Shown one piece after another: positions 9,946-20,665 of a stretch of DNA of 64,000 bases. The DNA is taken from NCBI GenBank assembly GCA_050251055.1, contig JBFWNL010000003.1, positions 128,001 to 192,000 on the forward strand, written 5' to 3'. The translations under genes were made by a program, and so were the position numbers. Origin of the DNA: Bacteriovoracia bacterium. Its GTDB lineage: Bacteria; Bdellovibrionota; UBA1018; JBFWNL01. How positions within the stretch are numbered: position 1 is the first letter of the stretch; each line of letters opens with the position of its first letter. Below the pieces are notes generated by a model. That model saw nothing but the letters and a program-made list of their open reading frames with translations, had not been told where the DNA came from and made no database searches.

Positions 9946-12807
9946 TTAGTTTTCCGTTCTCTCTAACGCTTCCTGCGCTAATTTCTTCCAAGCGACGTCG
10001 CCGTCTTTGGTGCCTAGAATTTCCTTTAATGTCTGTACGGCCTTTTCCCGGTCATTCTCCTTGCCGGTTTTTCCCAGCACGCGGGCATAGCCGTAAAGCA
10101 GCTGGTCGTTACGCGCGCCCTGGGCAATCGCGTTCGCGAAAGCGCCGGCGGAGTCGGCGTAGTTCGCCGTGCGCTCCAACAACTCCGCTTCCTTGATAAA
10201 AAGTTCGGCCAAGCTCGGCAGACGGGGCACGCCCATGCCGACCAAGCCACGATTCGAATCCGGCGCGGCGGCCGCGAGCTTACGCTCGGCATCTTTAGAA
10301 GAAATCGCCGGACCTTCCGGGTAGCCGGCGCGAATTTCCTGAATCGACTTGATGGCGCCGGGCAGATTCCCCGCCTTTTCCTGCAACGTCGCCACCCAGT
10401 AATCCAGCTGGCGATCGATCGTGGCTGAGCGCTTCGCGAAAAGCAGCTTAGCGCGCGCTACTCGGGTCATCGCCCGCTCCGGCTGGCCCTTGCGCTCGTC
10501 CATTAAGGCGTTCAAAACCTCTTTTTCCTGTGAATAAGGCGAGTCTTCGGAAACGCGGCCCAGGTAAGTACGAAGCTTCTCTTCCCACTTCAAGCCCCCG
10601 TCCAACCAAAGCGCCTTAGCGTGGGTGAAAGCTTCTTCAGAACGGCGAAAGCGCTCGGTGACGTCGTCGTCCGCGGGATCCAAACCCGCGCCGCCAGCCG
10701 AGGTAGCGAGCTGGCGCCCATCCTTGGCGCTCCCGGTTTCGCCCTTCGCCTCGGTTGACGTACCCAGTCGCTTTTCGTAGGTGGAAACGATCTTCAAGGA
10801 AAGCGAGCCCAGCCCCAGATCGGAAGCCGCCTGCGCCAGCTTCAGCAAATAGTCCGACGTGATGGGGTCCTTATCACCCGGGACGATCGCGGCATACTTG
10901 TCGTAGAACGAAAGCGCCGCGAGCTGGTTTCCCGCGTCCAGGCGCTTCAAGATCTCTTTGCGGAATACGAAGCGGGAGAAATCGCTTAAGATCTCCCGCG
11001 CCGTCTGCCCAACGCGTCCCCGGAAGATCTCGGCGATCGTCTCGACGGCTTCGCCCTCGTAACCCATCATGACCAGCGTCCGCACGCGCGAGAGCGCGAG
11101 CAGATCAGGGTAGTCATTCATCCACACCTGACTGGCGGCCAACGTCGAAGCAGCGAAGGCTTTAGCGTCACCCTCAAAATACTTTTTAGCGCCCTCATAA
11201 GTGAACCCTCCGTGATCGCCGCAGGGAAGCAAGCGCAGCCGAGCGAGGGTCGCGCCCGGACTGATCGGGTGGTTATTCACGGTTTGATAGAGCCATTTAC
11301 GAGCCTCGGCCTTGGCGCCGACTTCCGAATGCCGGTCATAGATCTCCGCCAACCGGTAAGAAGCCATCCAGCCCGCGCGATGCGAAGGGAAGCGGGTCAA
11401 GAACGCTTTGAACTCCTCCTCCGCACGATCAAACTGCCCCAGCCAGTAAATCGCCTCCGCGCGATTCAGGTACACCTCCGGCAAGGTCGCGGCTTCTTTC
11501 TCGAAGTGCTTGAGGCCCGTGAAGTAGGCGGCGAGCGCCTGGGCGTATTGCTGGCGCTCAAGATAGAGGTCCCCGATGCTCAGGCCCGCGCGGGCACGCA
11601 CGACGGGGTCCTGCGCATTTTCGGCCACCCACTGATACTCCTCCGCGGCCCGAGCGGTCTGCTTCAGCATGAACAGGCACTCGGCCGAGGCCAACCGAAA
11701 GAGCCAGTTGAGCCGGTGGCTAGGATAGTTACGCGATAGACTAATGAAGTTCTCAAGGGCAGCCAGGTACTCGGCGTTTTGATAACGTTTGGCCGCCACG
11801 AATAACCCAGCATGCAGCCCTACCGGAGAACCCTTCGCAGTGACCGAAAGATCATGGAAGATGCGGTTCGCGTCGTCCTGCAGCCCCAGCTTCACGAGCG
11901 CGTTGCCCCGCAAGAAATGCATTTCATTACGATAGGACGACTTGGGGTATTCCGTGTCGAGGAACTCGATCGTCCGGATGGCTAGCGCGGGCTTGCCCTG
12001 GCGGTAAAGGGACAACGCCAGGCGCACGTATTGGGCGTCTTTTTCGTCGCCCTTTGGCTCGAGGTACGGATAATCGCTATCGGGGGTCGTTAGCGAGAAC
12101 CACTTCCCGAAATCGATCGGCACATGAACCGCCCGGAAGCGCACGAAGATGTCGTTCTGGGTGTTGACGGGTTCTTGACAGTATTTTTGGGTGTCCGCCG
12201 CATCGAGCTCCTTCTTCAAGGTGGCGATGCGCCGCTGCACCTGGCGCTTGGCTTTTTCTTCGGATTTCTTTCGAAGCGTGTATTTTTTGGCGCGCTCTCG
12301 TTCGGCCACCACTTGGGCATGCGTGGGACCCGGCTTCACCCAAAAATCGACCACGAATCGAGACGGGGTCTTTTCCCGGAACTCGAAAGTTTCCATCTGG
12401 GGCTGAAACGGAGCTTCCGGCCCGGTGGGAAACTTCCACGCGCCGGTCACCACCACTCCCGCCTCGGTTTCCGCTACTTTCAGATCGCCCAGGCGGGCGT
12501 CCCTTAAGTCGCTCAATCCCGTCAACCAACGCGCTTCCCCACCAAAGGGAGCCCCCAGATCCACGAGCCCCAGCTCCTTGAAGACCAGTTCGAACCCCTG
12601 GGCGGTGCTTCTCCACTCCGCCTTCACGCCGGAATCAACCCGGAAGACCAGTCGGGAGTGAGTATTGAAAGTTTGGATGGAGATGGCGCGATCGGTCCAG
12701 GCTGGGGCCCCGTGCGCGAACGCCGGCGCCAACGCCATGACAAAGATCAGAAGGTAACGTACCCAGTTGAAGAGCATCCTGCTCATGTTCCTCAGTTTTC
12801 GCCCCAC
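9946..12807 (-). CDS. Large secreted/periplasmic TPR-repeat protein in the flagellar locus
   Basis: Signal peptide (ALAPAFAHG), AMIN-like N-terminus ([15 protein letters not shown]), many TPR helices; true start may be a downstream Met. Confidence 0.8.
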   Translation of the reverse strand: MGRKLRNMSRMLFNWVRYLLIFVMALAPAFAHGAPAWTDRAISIQTFNTHSRLVFRVDSGVKAEWRSTAQGFELVFKELGLVDLGAPFGGEARWLTGLSDLRDARLGDLKVAETEAGVVVTGAWKFPTGPEAPFQPQMETFEFREKTPSRFVVDFWVKPGPTHAQVVAERERAKKYTLRKKSEEKAKRQVQRRIATLKKELDAADTQKYCQEPVNTQNDIFVRFRAVHVPIDFGKWFSLTTPDSDYPYLEPKGDEKDAQYVRLALSLYRQGKPALAIRTIEFLDTEYPKSSYRNEMHFLRGNALVKLGLQDDANRIFHDLSVTAKGSPVGLHAGLFVAAKRYQNAEYLAALENFISLSRNYPSHRLNWLFRLASAECLFMLKQTARAAEEYQWVAENAQDPVVRARAGLSIGDLYLERQQYAQALAAYFTGLKHFEKEAATLPEVYLNRAEAIYWLGQFDRAEEEFKAFLTRFPSHRAGWMASYRLAEIYDRHSEVGAKAEARKWLYQTVNNHPISPGATLARLRLLPCGDHGGFTYEGAKKYFEGDAKAFAASTLAASQVWMNDYPDLLALSRVRTLVMMGYEGEAVETIAEIFRGRVGQTAREILSDFSRFVFRKEILKRLDAGNQLAALSFYDKYAAIVPGDKDPITSDYLLKLAQAASDLGLGSLSLKIVSTYEKRLGTSTEAKGETGSAKDGRQLATSAGGAGLDPADDDVTERFRRSEEAFTHAKALWLDGGLKWEEKLRTYLGRVSEDSPYSQEKEVLNALMDERKGQPERAMTRVARAKLLFAKRSATIDRQLDYWVATLQEKAGNLPGAIKSIQEIRAGYPEGPAISSKDAERKLAAAAPDSNRGLVGMGVPRLPSLAELFIKEAELLERTANYADSAGAFANAIAQGARNDQLLYGYARVLGKTGKENDREKAVQTLKEILGTKDGDVAWKKLAQEALERTEN

Positions 12808-12857
12808 GCACCCGCCATCCTGACGAGCCCGTAAGCTATTGCCACGGAAATAAACAA

Positions 12858-12873
12858 AGCAAACCCAGTGCCA
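12858..12873 (-). promoter_or_regulatory. Sigma-54 -24/-12 promoter
   Basis: Minus strand TGGCACT-GGGT-TTGCT matches TGGCAC-N5-TTGC upstream of the TPR gene. Confidence 0.8.
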
Positions 12874-13074
12874 ACTTTTTTCCTAGCGACGACTTTGCCC
12901 AATCCGTTGTTACCGCTAGGCATTTTCAAATCGGCAAAACCTTCAGGCCACGCGCGGACTCGCGGTTTTTTGACCCTCCGTCAGAAAGGGCCACAATTCC
13001 GGCGAGGAATTTGACGACCTTGCGGTGCACATGACCGTTGATTCCACCGGCGAATTACCATAGATATAATAGAT

Positions 13075-13629
13075 ATGCCCCACCGCTTCCCTCGCTTCGC
13101 CGTCGCGGCCGCCGCGATCGCCCTGGGCGCGCTCTCCTCCGGATGCAGCGTGCTCATTGGCAATGTGAAGCCCGTCGCCGAACATGCGGACGGCTACACG
13201 GTGGCGGAACTCCCAAAGCAAGATGCGAACTGGGCGCCGATCGAACAAGATCCCGGCGCGCCTTCCGATCCCCAGGTGTCCGACTACGCCTACCAATCCA
13301 AGCGGACCGCCTCGATCATCTCGCTCACCACGAACTGTCGTAAGCGAAACGTGGATGAGCCCAAGAACCTCCAGGAGCTGACAAACCTTCTATACATGGG
13401 CGTGGCGAACATCACCGATCGCAACGAGAAGAATTTGACGATCCGGGGCACGCCCGCGCTCGAAACCACCCTGCGCGGAAACCTGAACAACCAGGACATG
13501 ATGTTCCGGACCGTGGTCATGCGTCGGGACACCTGCATCTTCGATTTCATGTACATCGCTCGACCGAAGCACTTTCCCGAAGAGGAAAAAACGTTCGGTG
13601 AATTTATTGCCTCCCTGAATTTCAAATAG
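13075..13629 (+). CDS. Lipoprotein upstream of mlaEFD (possible PsbP/DcrB-like fold)
   Basis: Lipobox SSGC; co-oriented 32 bp before mlaE. Confidence 0.7.
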   Translation: MPHRFPRFAVAAAAIALGALSSGCSVLIGNVKPVAEHADGYTVAELPKQDANWAPIEQDPGAPSDPQVSDYAYQSKRTASIISLTTNCRKRNVDEPKNLQELTNLLYMGVANITDRNEKNLTIRGTPALETTLRGNLNNQDMMFRTVVMRRDTCIFDFMYIARPKHFPEEEKTFGEFIASLNFK

Positions 13630-13661
13630 TCCCCGCAACTGTTTAGCTTTAGACTGACTTC

Positions 13662-14507
13662 ATGGCGTCTTCGACCATCGCTTCCATCGACGCGGGCAAT
13701 CCCGTCGTTCGCGCGTTCAAGAAATTTTCACGCCGATTGGGCGAACGCATGATTTCATCCGTACGCTTCGCGGGCGGCTTCGGATTGTTGAGCCTGCAGA
13801 TCTTTCGGGAGATGTTCCGTCCCCCGTATTACCCAAAACTGCTGATCGATCAGGTCTTCCACCTCGGCATAAAATCTTTCCTGCTCACCACGGTGGTGGG
13901 CTTGGCCACCGGTTCCGTCATGGCCCTGCAGTTCGGCTACGGCCTCGAGAAGTTCGGCGGTAAAATGTATGTGCCCAAGATTGTCGCGCTCGCGATTTTG
14001 CGCGAAATGGGCCCCGTTTTCACTAGCCTTTTGCTCGCCGGCCGCATCGGCTCGGGCATTGCCTCCGAAGTCGCCTCGATGAACGTGACCCAGCAAATCG
14101 ACGCCATCCGCGCGCTGGGAACCAGTCCCATCAAAAAGATTGTCATCCCGCGCCTCATGGCCAGCATGATCGCGTTGCCGATCCTTACCCTCTTCTCCGA
14201 TTACATCGGGATTTTCGGTGCCATGCTCGTGTCGCTGCACGAACTGAACATCAACACCGAATACTTCATCGCCACCGCCGTCGATTCCCTCCGCATGACC
14301 GATCTGCTGACGGGCATGGCCAAAACCGTCGTGTTTGCCTACTTTATATCCGTCGCCGCATGCTGGAAGGGCCTGAACACCGAGCGGGGCACGCAGGGCG
14401 TGGGCAACACCACGACCTGGGTGGTCGTCGCCTCGAGCATCTTCATCATGGTCAGCGACTTTTTTCTAACGAAGTTGTTTATCCTGACGGTTTACGACAA
14501 AGGTTAA
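13662..14507 (+). CDS. mlaE: MlaE-family ABC permease
   Basis: LREMGPVFTSLLLAGRIGSGIASEVASM.VTQQIDAIRALG, GTQGVG.TTT. Confidence 0.92.
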   Translation: MASSTIASIDAGNPVVRAFKKFSRRLGERMISSVRFAGGFGLLSLQIFREMFRPPYYPKLLIDQVFHLGIKSFLLTTVVGLATGSVMALQFGYGLEKFGGKMYVPKIVALAILREMGPVFTSLLLAGRIGSGIASEVASMNVTQQIDAIRALGTSPIKKIVIPRLMASMIALPILTLFSDYIGIFGAMLVSLHELNINTEYFIATAVDSLRMTDLLTGMAKTVVFAYFISVAACWKGLNTERGTQGVGNTTTWVVVASSIFIMVSDFFLTKLFILTVYDKG

Positions 14508-14512
14508 GCCAA

Positions 14513-15295
14513 ATGGCCTCGCGGGAGAAATCCAACTCAAACGACGTGGTGCTGGATGTGCGAGGCCTCCATAAGGCGTACGGAACCAAGCGTGTCCACC
14601 GCGGGGTTTCGTTTCAGCTTTATCGGCACGAGATCCTGGGATTGTTCGGCGGATCCGGCAGTGGCAAGAGCGTGATCTTACGCTCGATCATCGGGCTGGA
14701 AAAACCCGACGAGGGGCAGATCATTTTCGACGGTCAGGACATCACCCAGCTAACCGAGGAGGAACTATTTAAGGTACGCACCCATATCGGCTATGTGTTC
14801 CAAAATGGCGCGCTATTCGATTCGCTGAGCGTGGAGGAAAACCTCACTTATCCGCTCGAAGCCCACACGCAGCTCACGCCCACGGAAATCCACGCCAAGG
14901 TGAACAAGATGCTCGAAACGGTGGACATGAAAGGTAGCAATGACCTGCTGCCGTCGGAGCTGTCGGGGGGCATGCAAAAACGCGCGGGACTGGCGCGGGC
15001 GATCATCCTGGAACCCGAGATCATCCTTTTCGACGAGCCGACCGCGGGCCTGGACCCTACTAACACGCGACGCCTCACGGAAAACGTCAAGCGACTGAAA
15101 GCGAACGGCATCACGGGAATCTTCGTCACCCACGATATCCCAAGCGCGTTCGAAATCGCCGACCGTATCGCCATCCTGAATGAGGGCCGCATCGCCGTCT
15201 GTGACACGGTCGAGAATATCAAGAAGTCCAAAGACCCGCTTGTGCAATCATTTATCGCCGAGGCGCTGGGACTACACGGAGAGCACGCAAGATGA
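14513..15295 (+). CDS. mlaF: MlaF-family ABC ATP-binding protein
   Basis: GGSGSGKS, VFQNGALFDSLSV, ELSGGMQKRAGLARA, DEPTAGLDP. Confidence 0.9.
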   Translation: MASREKSNSNDVVLDVRGLHKAYGTKRVHRGVSFQLYRHEILGLFGGSGSGKSVILRSIIGLEKPDEGQIIFDGQDITQLTEEELFKVRTHIGYVFQNGALFDSLSVEENLTYPLEAHTQLTPTEIHAKVNKMLETVDMKGSNDLLPSELSGGMQKRAGLARAIILEPEIILFDEPTAGLDPTNTRRLTENVKRLKANGITGIFVTHDIPSAFEIADRIAILNEGRIAVCDTVENIKKSKDPLVQSFIAEALGLHGEHAR

Positions 15296-16089
15296 AAAAA
15301 GGCATGGAAATCGAAATGAAGGTAGGGCTGTTCATCAGCGTGGGGGTGCTGCTGATCATGTTCGCGGTTATCCTGCTGGGCGGGGTCGAAACCTTCCTCA
15401 CCCGCCACTCTCTCTATACCGTGCATTACTCCGACTCGGAGGGCGTGATCAAGGGAGCCAAAGTCGCCCTGAACGGAATTCGCGTGGGCATCGTGGAGAA
15501 CGTGCGCTTCGACGAGCAGACGAACGACATTGCCATCGATCTTTCTATTAACCACTCTCTCACTCACCTAATCCGCCAGAACGCGGTCGCCGAAATCGCG
15601 ACCCAGGGCGTGCTGGGGGACAAATACATCTACATCAAGGCCACCCAAGACGGCTCCCCCGCCCTTCCTCCGGGTTCCACCATCACCTCCGGGACCGGCA
15701 AGAATCTCACCCAGTTCCTGAGCAGCGGCGAAGAGCTCATGGTGTCGCTTAAGTCCATCGCCCGTAACCTCGACGAGATCCTAAAAGGCTTCCGCGTGAA
15801 CAACCGCTCCGACATCTTCTTCGACAGCCTCACCAAGACCTCCAAGAACATGGCCGAGCTCACGCACAAGCTCAACCAGGAGATGGACCACATCAAGATT
15901 AAGAGCGCGATCGGCAACCTCGACTCGATCATGGCTAAGATCAATAACGGGACCGGCACCCTTGGGGCGCTGGTCAACGACTCCAGCCTCTACGAAGACG
16001 TGCGCTCGCTCTTCGGCGGGGTTAGCCGCAACCGGATCATGCGCAACCTCGTACGCAAGACCGTGAAGGACAACGAAAACAAAGAATAG
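15292..16089 (+). CDS. mlaD: MlaD/MCE-domain protein
   Basis: N-terminal TM, GAKVALNGIRVGIV, IATQGVLGDKYI, helical tail with GTLGALVND. Confidence 0.9.
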   Translation: MKKGMEIEMKVGLFISVGVLLIMFAVILLGGVETFLTRHSLYTVHYSDSEGVIKGAKVALNGIRVGIVENVRFDEQTNDIAIDLSINHSLTHLIRQNAVAEIATQGVLGDKYIYIKATQDGSPALPPGSTITSGTGKNLTQFLSSGEELMVSLKSIARNLDEILKGFRVNNRSDIFFDSLTKTSKNMAELTHKLNQEMDHIKIKSAIGNLDSIMAKINNGTGTLGALVNDSSLYEDVRSLFGGVSRNRIMRNLVRKTVKDNENKE

Positions 16090-16200
16090 ACGACGCCCGA
16101 GGGTTTCGGGTAAACCCTAAGGCGCACTGCGGCATATCCGCATGCGCCGCATCTAAAAAAAACACTCGGATCGCTTTTGCTTTGATGCTACCCCCGGGGC

Positions 16201-17055
16201 ATGAATTCCAATCCGTTACGCTGGCTTACCCTCATCGCGGCTCTATTCGTGGCCTGCGGCCCCCTCCCCCAGTCGAATCGGGCTTTTCAGGTGACAAATG
16301 GCTTCCGCGACTTCGAAGGATATTGGGTGGCTGAATATCCACTCGACCAGGAAGGCATCGCTATGGTCTTCCGTATCGATGCCGCCGGCAAATACGAAGT
16401 CTTGCAAAGCGATCCCGTCCGAAAGCTTAGCTTTCAGCCCGTACGGCTAGCCGTGGACCCCGATCAGACGGGCGCCCTCCTCACGGAAACGCTAGCTCAA
16501 GGGAAGACCGCATCGCTCCGGCCAACCCGCCTGCTCACTAGCGAACGCCTGCTGATTGAATCGACCGCTAAAAGCCTTTCCGGTTTCGACTTCACCGCTC
16601 GCCGGGTATCCCCCGAAGCAGCGGAGGCCCGAATCCAGCGGATACAGGTCCGCCTCGATCATCCGGACGCGGTGATCGATAAGCTCAAGCGCCGCGCGCG
16701 CGGGCGCTGGCGGCTTACCTCCTATACGATTTACCGCAACGAGACGATCATTGAGCAACACAGCGCACGTACTGCGATCGAGCCCGCCGCTTGGATGCGT
16801 GAACTCGACATCTCTTCTGATCGCGTCGTCTACAACGGTGGCACGCATTCCAGCCCGATTTACTATAACCCCCTCTCGCTCTCGTTCAACCTCATCCCCA
16901 AGCCGGCGGGGGAAACCGGCGACTGGAAGACCTTTTATTTCAGCGAAGAGGCCGCTTGGCCTCTCTGCGTCTATACGCGGGAATGGAAAAGGGGCAACGA
17001 GGCGGGCGAGCGGGTCGGCACCCGCCGTGAACTTTGCTATACCCGAAAAAAATAA
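16201..17055 (+). CDS. Hypothetical lipoprotein
   Basis: Lipobox FVAC; 284 aa; followed by hairpin. Confidence 0.65.
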   Translation: MNSNPLRWLTLIAALFVACGPLPQSNRAFQVTNGFRDFEGYWVAEYPLDQEGIAMVFRIDAAGKYEVLQSDPVRKLSFQPVRLAVDPDQTGALLTETLAQGKTASLRPTRLLTSERLLIESTAKSLSGFDFTARRVSPEAAEARIQRIQVRLDHPDAVIDKLKRRARGRWRLTSYTIYRNETIIEQHSARTAIEPAAWMRELDISSDRVVYNGGTHSSPIYYNPLSLSFNLIPKPAGETGDWKTFYFSEEAAWPLCVYTREWKRGNEAGERVGTRRELCYTRKK

Positions 17056-17084
17056 GGCCGGTACCCTTGCGGACACCGGCCTTA
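17053..17084. terminator. Hairpin between convergent genes, probable terminator
   Basis: TAAGGCCGGT ... ACCGGCCTTA 10-bp inverted repeat. Confidence 0.65.
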
Positions 17085-17111
17085 AGTATTCTAGCTTTTA
17101 CCGAACGGCGC

Positions 17112-18182
17112 TTAGGCGGAGCCGCTCATGCTGCCCATGTCCATCTCGGCGCCTTCGCGATTCTTCGCGGCCGGGACGATCATGCCGCGCTTGCGGAGTT
17201 TTTCCACAAGCGTGGTGCGGTTCATGCGGAGCAGTTCCGACGCCCGGTTCTTGTTTCCTTGCGTGCGGGCCAAAGCCTGGTCGATCAGGTGGTTCTCGAA
17301 AGCGGCGACGATGGCCTTGAGGTCCACGCCGACGTTCGGGAGCACCATGCGCGGGAATTCGTTTTCCGAGAAATCGGAGACGGCGCCCGTGCCGGCTGGC
17401 TTGGTTTCGGTGAACTTGCGGAAAATGCGGTGAGGCAGATCGCCCAAGTCGACGGAGCCTTGACCCTTCAGGATCACCAGGCGTTCGATCAGGTTCTCGA
17501 GCTCACGGACGTTGCCCGGCCAGTCGTAGGCCATCAACGCTTCCATGATCTGGCCGCTCGGGGCTTCGACGTTGTGACCGGTCATCGAGTTGAACTGGGC
17601 GATGAAGTGATTCACGAGCAGTGAGATGTCTTCCTTGCGCTCGCGCAGGGCCGGAATCTTCACGGGGATCACGTTCAGGCGATAATACAGGTCTTCGCGG
17701 AATTCTTTCTTCTGGACAGCCTCTTCCAGGTTGGCGTTCGTCGCCGCGATGATGCGAACGTCGGCTTGAATGGTCTTCGAGGAGCCGACTTGCTCATACT
17801 GGCGGGTCTGAAGCACGCGCAACATCTTCACCTGAAGGTGAAGGGGAAGGTCGCCCACTTCATCCAAGAAAAGCGTGCCGCCTTGGGCCGCTTCGAAACG
17901 GCCGATGCGGTTTTGGGTCGCGCCGGTGAAGGCACCCTTCACATGACCAAAAAGCTCGGCTTCCAGTAGCTCGCCGGGTATGGCGCCGCAGTTCACGATC
18001 ACCAGCGGCTTGGTCGCGCGCGTGGAATTTTCGTGGATGGCGCGGGCGACGAGCTCTTTGCCCGTGCCGCTTTCACCAGTAATTAGCACAGTGCTGTCGC
18101 TCTGCGCTACTTTCTGGATCGTACCCATGATGTTCTGGATTGCTTGGCTGTCCCCAACAAATAACGATTTCAAACTGAGCAT
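17112..18182 (-). CDS. Sigma-54-dependent activator, FleQ/FlrA-like, no N-terminal sensor domain
   Basis: [44 protein letters not shown]; HTH RTTLVEKLRK resembles FleQ/FlrA; ATG 18182 behind AAGGGGG. Confidence 0.88.
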   Translation of the reverse strand: MLSLKSLFVGDSQAIQNIMGTIQKVAQSDSTVLITGESGTGKELVARAIHENSTRATKPLVIVNCGAIPGELLEAELFGHVKGAFTGATQNRIGRFEAAQGGTLFLDEVGDLPLHLQVKMLRVLQTRQYEQVGSSKTIQADVRIIAATNANLEEAVQKKEFREDLYYRLNVIPVKIPALRERKEDISLLVNHFIAQFNSMTGHNVEAPSGQIMEALMAYDWPGNVRELENLIERLVILKGQGSVDLGDLPHRIFRKFTETKPAGTGAVSDFSENEFPRMVLPNVGVDLKAIVAAFENHLIDQALARTQGNKNRASELLRMNRTTLVEKLRKRGMIVPAAKNREGAEMDMGSMSGSA

Positions 18183-18321
18183 CAATGCCCCCCTTTGACC
18201 CTTCCGTGAGTAACGTTTGAGTGTCATTTCTGCGTCGCCTTGGAAGACGCCGCGACAACTTCGTCCAACTCAGCCGTTCAACCCTTGAACCACTGATTTG
18301 TCAGACGTGCTGACATGTAAA

Positions 18322-18350
18322 AGGCTAAGCAAAACTTGCCGGGCTGTCAA
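18322..18350 (-). promoter_or_regulatory. Sigma-70-type promoter of the FleQ-like gene
   Basis: Minus strand TTGACA-N17-TAGCCT; palindrome TGTCAG-N5-CTGACA at 18299-18315 just downstream. Confidence 0.6.
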
Positions 18351-18556
18351 AATTATTTCTTGAGAAAAATTAGCGACCTAAAAAGTCGAAGCTAAACATC
18401 AGGTTGAGGGTCGAAAAACTGTCGTTTTCTTTCCGCCACTCGAAATCGTCCCGATAGAGAATGCCAGAAATACCCCGCCCAGGCCTCCAGGTGGGTTTTT
18501 TGAGCGCGTTTTCTGACACATTCTCGAGCCTGGTTTTTCCGCATATAATCAGAGGC

Positions 18557-18973
18557 ATGAACGCTTTTCCCCGAGTTTGGATAGTCACCTTGGTCGTTTC
18601 GGCTTCCTGGCCTAGCTTCGCGGCCGACCTGGATCCGGCTCAAGCCGAAGCCTTAGCGAAAACGCAGGCTCTCCTCACCTCCCCGCCAGCAAGAGACAAG
18701 GCCGTGTCCGAAAGTCCCGGCGCTCAGAAGGCGGATCAAAATGTAAGGCATCTCCTAGGTAACGGCGGCAACGCCGAAGCGGCTTACGGGATTTCGTCCC
18801 AAGTTTTCGAGGAGCTGATTCGGGAGAATGGCGGGGATTCTGCCAAAGCCCAGGAGATCTTAGAGAACGCCCAGCGGGACCCGACGAGCTTCTATCAAAG
18901 CCTCAGCCCCGAAAGTCGGCAAGCCATCCAAGATTTGTCAAAAAAGGCAGGACAGGCAACCCACCAGCCCTAG
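18557..18973 (+). CDS. Hypothetical secreted helical protein
   Basis: ATG behind GAGG; signal peptide ending SFA-AD. Confidence 0.65.
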   Translation: MNAFPRVWIVTLVVSASWPSFAADLDPAQAEALAKTQALLTSPPARDKAVSESPGAQKADQNVRHLLGNGGNAEAAYGISSQVFEELIRENGGDSAKAQEILENAQRDPTSFYQSLSPESRQAIQDLSKKAGQATHQP

Positions 18974-18989
18974 CGAAGCCGCACGGGGA

Positions 18990-19637
18990 TTACTCGTTGA
19001 ATTCTTTCTTAAGCAGGACGCGGGTTTCTTCGAGGCGGCTCTTCAGCCCGGGAATCTGCTCTTGAAGCTCACGGATCTTCTGCTCGTGACTCCGGACCTG
19101 TGCTTCAGCGTCGAGTTGCTTAAGGTCGGTTTCGCGGATCTGCTTTTCGTAATCGACAATACTGAGCTCGATCGCTCGAATCTGCTGCGTGAGGGAAACA
19201 ATCTCCGCCTTCAGGGAAGTCTTGCGATCCTTGGTTTTTGGAATAATCAAGACCAGCTTCGGAGCGGGACGCGACATCCGCATCATACCCGCCGTCATCG
19301 CCATCTCTTCCGAGATCAGATGCTGCGCCACCATGTCGCCGCCGTAAGTAAAGCAAACGGGGATGAAATACTCATAGAGATCCGCGCTCGCGTTAAGCTC
19401 CGCCGGCTTGCCGACCGAATACTTCCCCTTCTGGGGTAGGGCGCTAACGTTAAAAACTTCCAGCTCGTAGGTCCCACTCAGCGTGTAATTTTCGGCCAAG
19501 ACACCGACCGAGAACGTACGCTGGGAAGTACGAAAGTAGATGTCCTGGGTGCGATCCGCCGTACACTCGATTTCCGGCTGGGCGAAGGCATTCACCGATC
19601 CGATCCACAATGCCAGGAACCAAAACACACGCGTCAT
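18990..19637 (-). CDS. Hypothetical secreted protein with C-terminal coiled coil
   Basis: Signal peptide (NAFA-Q); heptad pattern over the last ~75 aa; GGAGG RBS. Confidence 0.7.
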   Translation of the reverse strand: MTRVFWFLALWIGSVNAFAQPEIECTADRTQDIYFRTSQRTFSVGVLAENYTLSGTYELEVFNVSALPQKGKYSVGKPAELNASADLYEYFIPVCFTYGGDMVAQHLISEEMAMTAGMMRMSRPAPKLVLIIPKTKDRKTSLKAEIVSLTQQIRAIELSIVDYEKQIRETDLKQLDAEAQVRSHEQKIRELQEQIPGLKSRLEETRVLLKKEFNE

Positions 19638-19777
19638 AGTGATAGCCTCCACAAAAACCTAGGACTCAACGTGGTCGGACTGTACCACCGGTCGAACACT
19701 AAAGTCAACGCGATGCGTTATTTTCTAGTAGCTAAAAATAATAAATAAAAACAGATGTTTATCCTGAGGCAGAGAAG

Positions 19778-20665
19778 CTATTTCGAGTAGTCCCGCGTGA
19801 ATCCCACCGACCATTCACGAACTTCGACGCCCGGGGTGGCCCGCTCGGCGGCGACCGCGCGCTCCAGATCGCCATTCACCCAAGCCTTCTTCGGCTCACG
19901 CGTGAATTTGCGGTCATTCGCCACTAACCCTTCCTTGATCGCGATCACGAACGCTAACCGACGAATTCGCGTAGGCGCGGGCGTCACCCGCAACGGGGCG
20001 ACCTGGTCCAGCTGGGCTTGCGTTTGCGGGTAAACGCAGTACTTCGACGAGGGGGGCAGCTTCACGCTCCAGTAGCTCTCGAAGTCCCTCACTTCGAGTT
20101 CACGAAACCCCGCCGTCACGAGAATTTTCTTTAACCGTGGCATCAATTCCTGCCGGGTTACGCAAAACCCCGCCTCATCCTGCAACTTCGCGTCGTCGGA
20201 GCGGAAGTCGTAGAAGAAAAACCGATAGTCGGCGCCCGCCGTGCGCAGGGGTTTTTCCGCGGTGGCGGGCTGCAGAGTCGCCTCCCACCCCATCTGGCCG
20301 TGCGCGGGAACCGCCGCGAGCAACGTATTTTCCGTCGGAAGCTCCACCTTCACCTTCACTTCCGTGCCGGCCGGACCAGAAATATAGAGGTTGGGCTTGC
20401 CGAACATCACGTGCCCTTGGCCGGGGAAATACGTGGGATTGATTCCACCCCGGTTCCAAGCCGTGGGATAGTAAAAGTTAGGATAAGTCATGGCGCCGTA
20501 CCCCGCCCACCAGGGGTAGTTGGGGGGATAAAAAGAAGGCATGGCGTAGCTGCCATAGTTCGAGCGCATGCCGCAATAAGGGCAGTTGTAACCCATCTGG
20601 CCACCGACAAAGGCCAGTGCCGGCAGCGCGACGAAAAGCGAAAGAACCAAAAAGAGCTTTTTCAT
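19778..20665 (-). CDS. Hypothetical secreted protein (KPxLY-type conserved domain, Tyr/Pro-rich N-terminus)
   Basis: Signal peptide ALA-F; CPYCG; GKPNLYISGP...W...PL.VTPAP..IRR...EW pattern. Confidence 0.7.
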   Translation of the reverse strand: MKKLFLVLSLFVALPALAFVGGQMGYNCPYCGMRSNYGSYAMPSFYPPNYPWWAGYGAMTYPNFYYPTAWNRGGINPTYFPGQGHVMFGKPNLYISGPAGTEVKVKVELPTENTLLAAVPAHGQMGWEATLQPATAEKPLRTAGADYRFFFYDFRSDDAKLQDEAGFCVTRQELMPRLKKILVTAGFRELEVRDFESYWSVKLPPSSKYCVYPQTQAQLDQVAPLRVTPAPTRIRRLAFVIAIKEGLVANDRKFTREPKKAWVNGDLERAVAAERATPGVEVREWSVGFTRDYSK

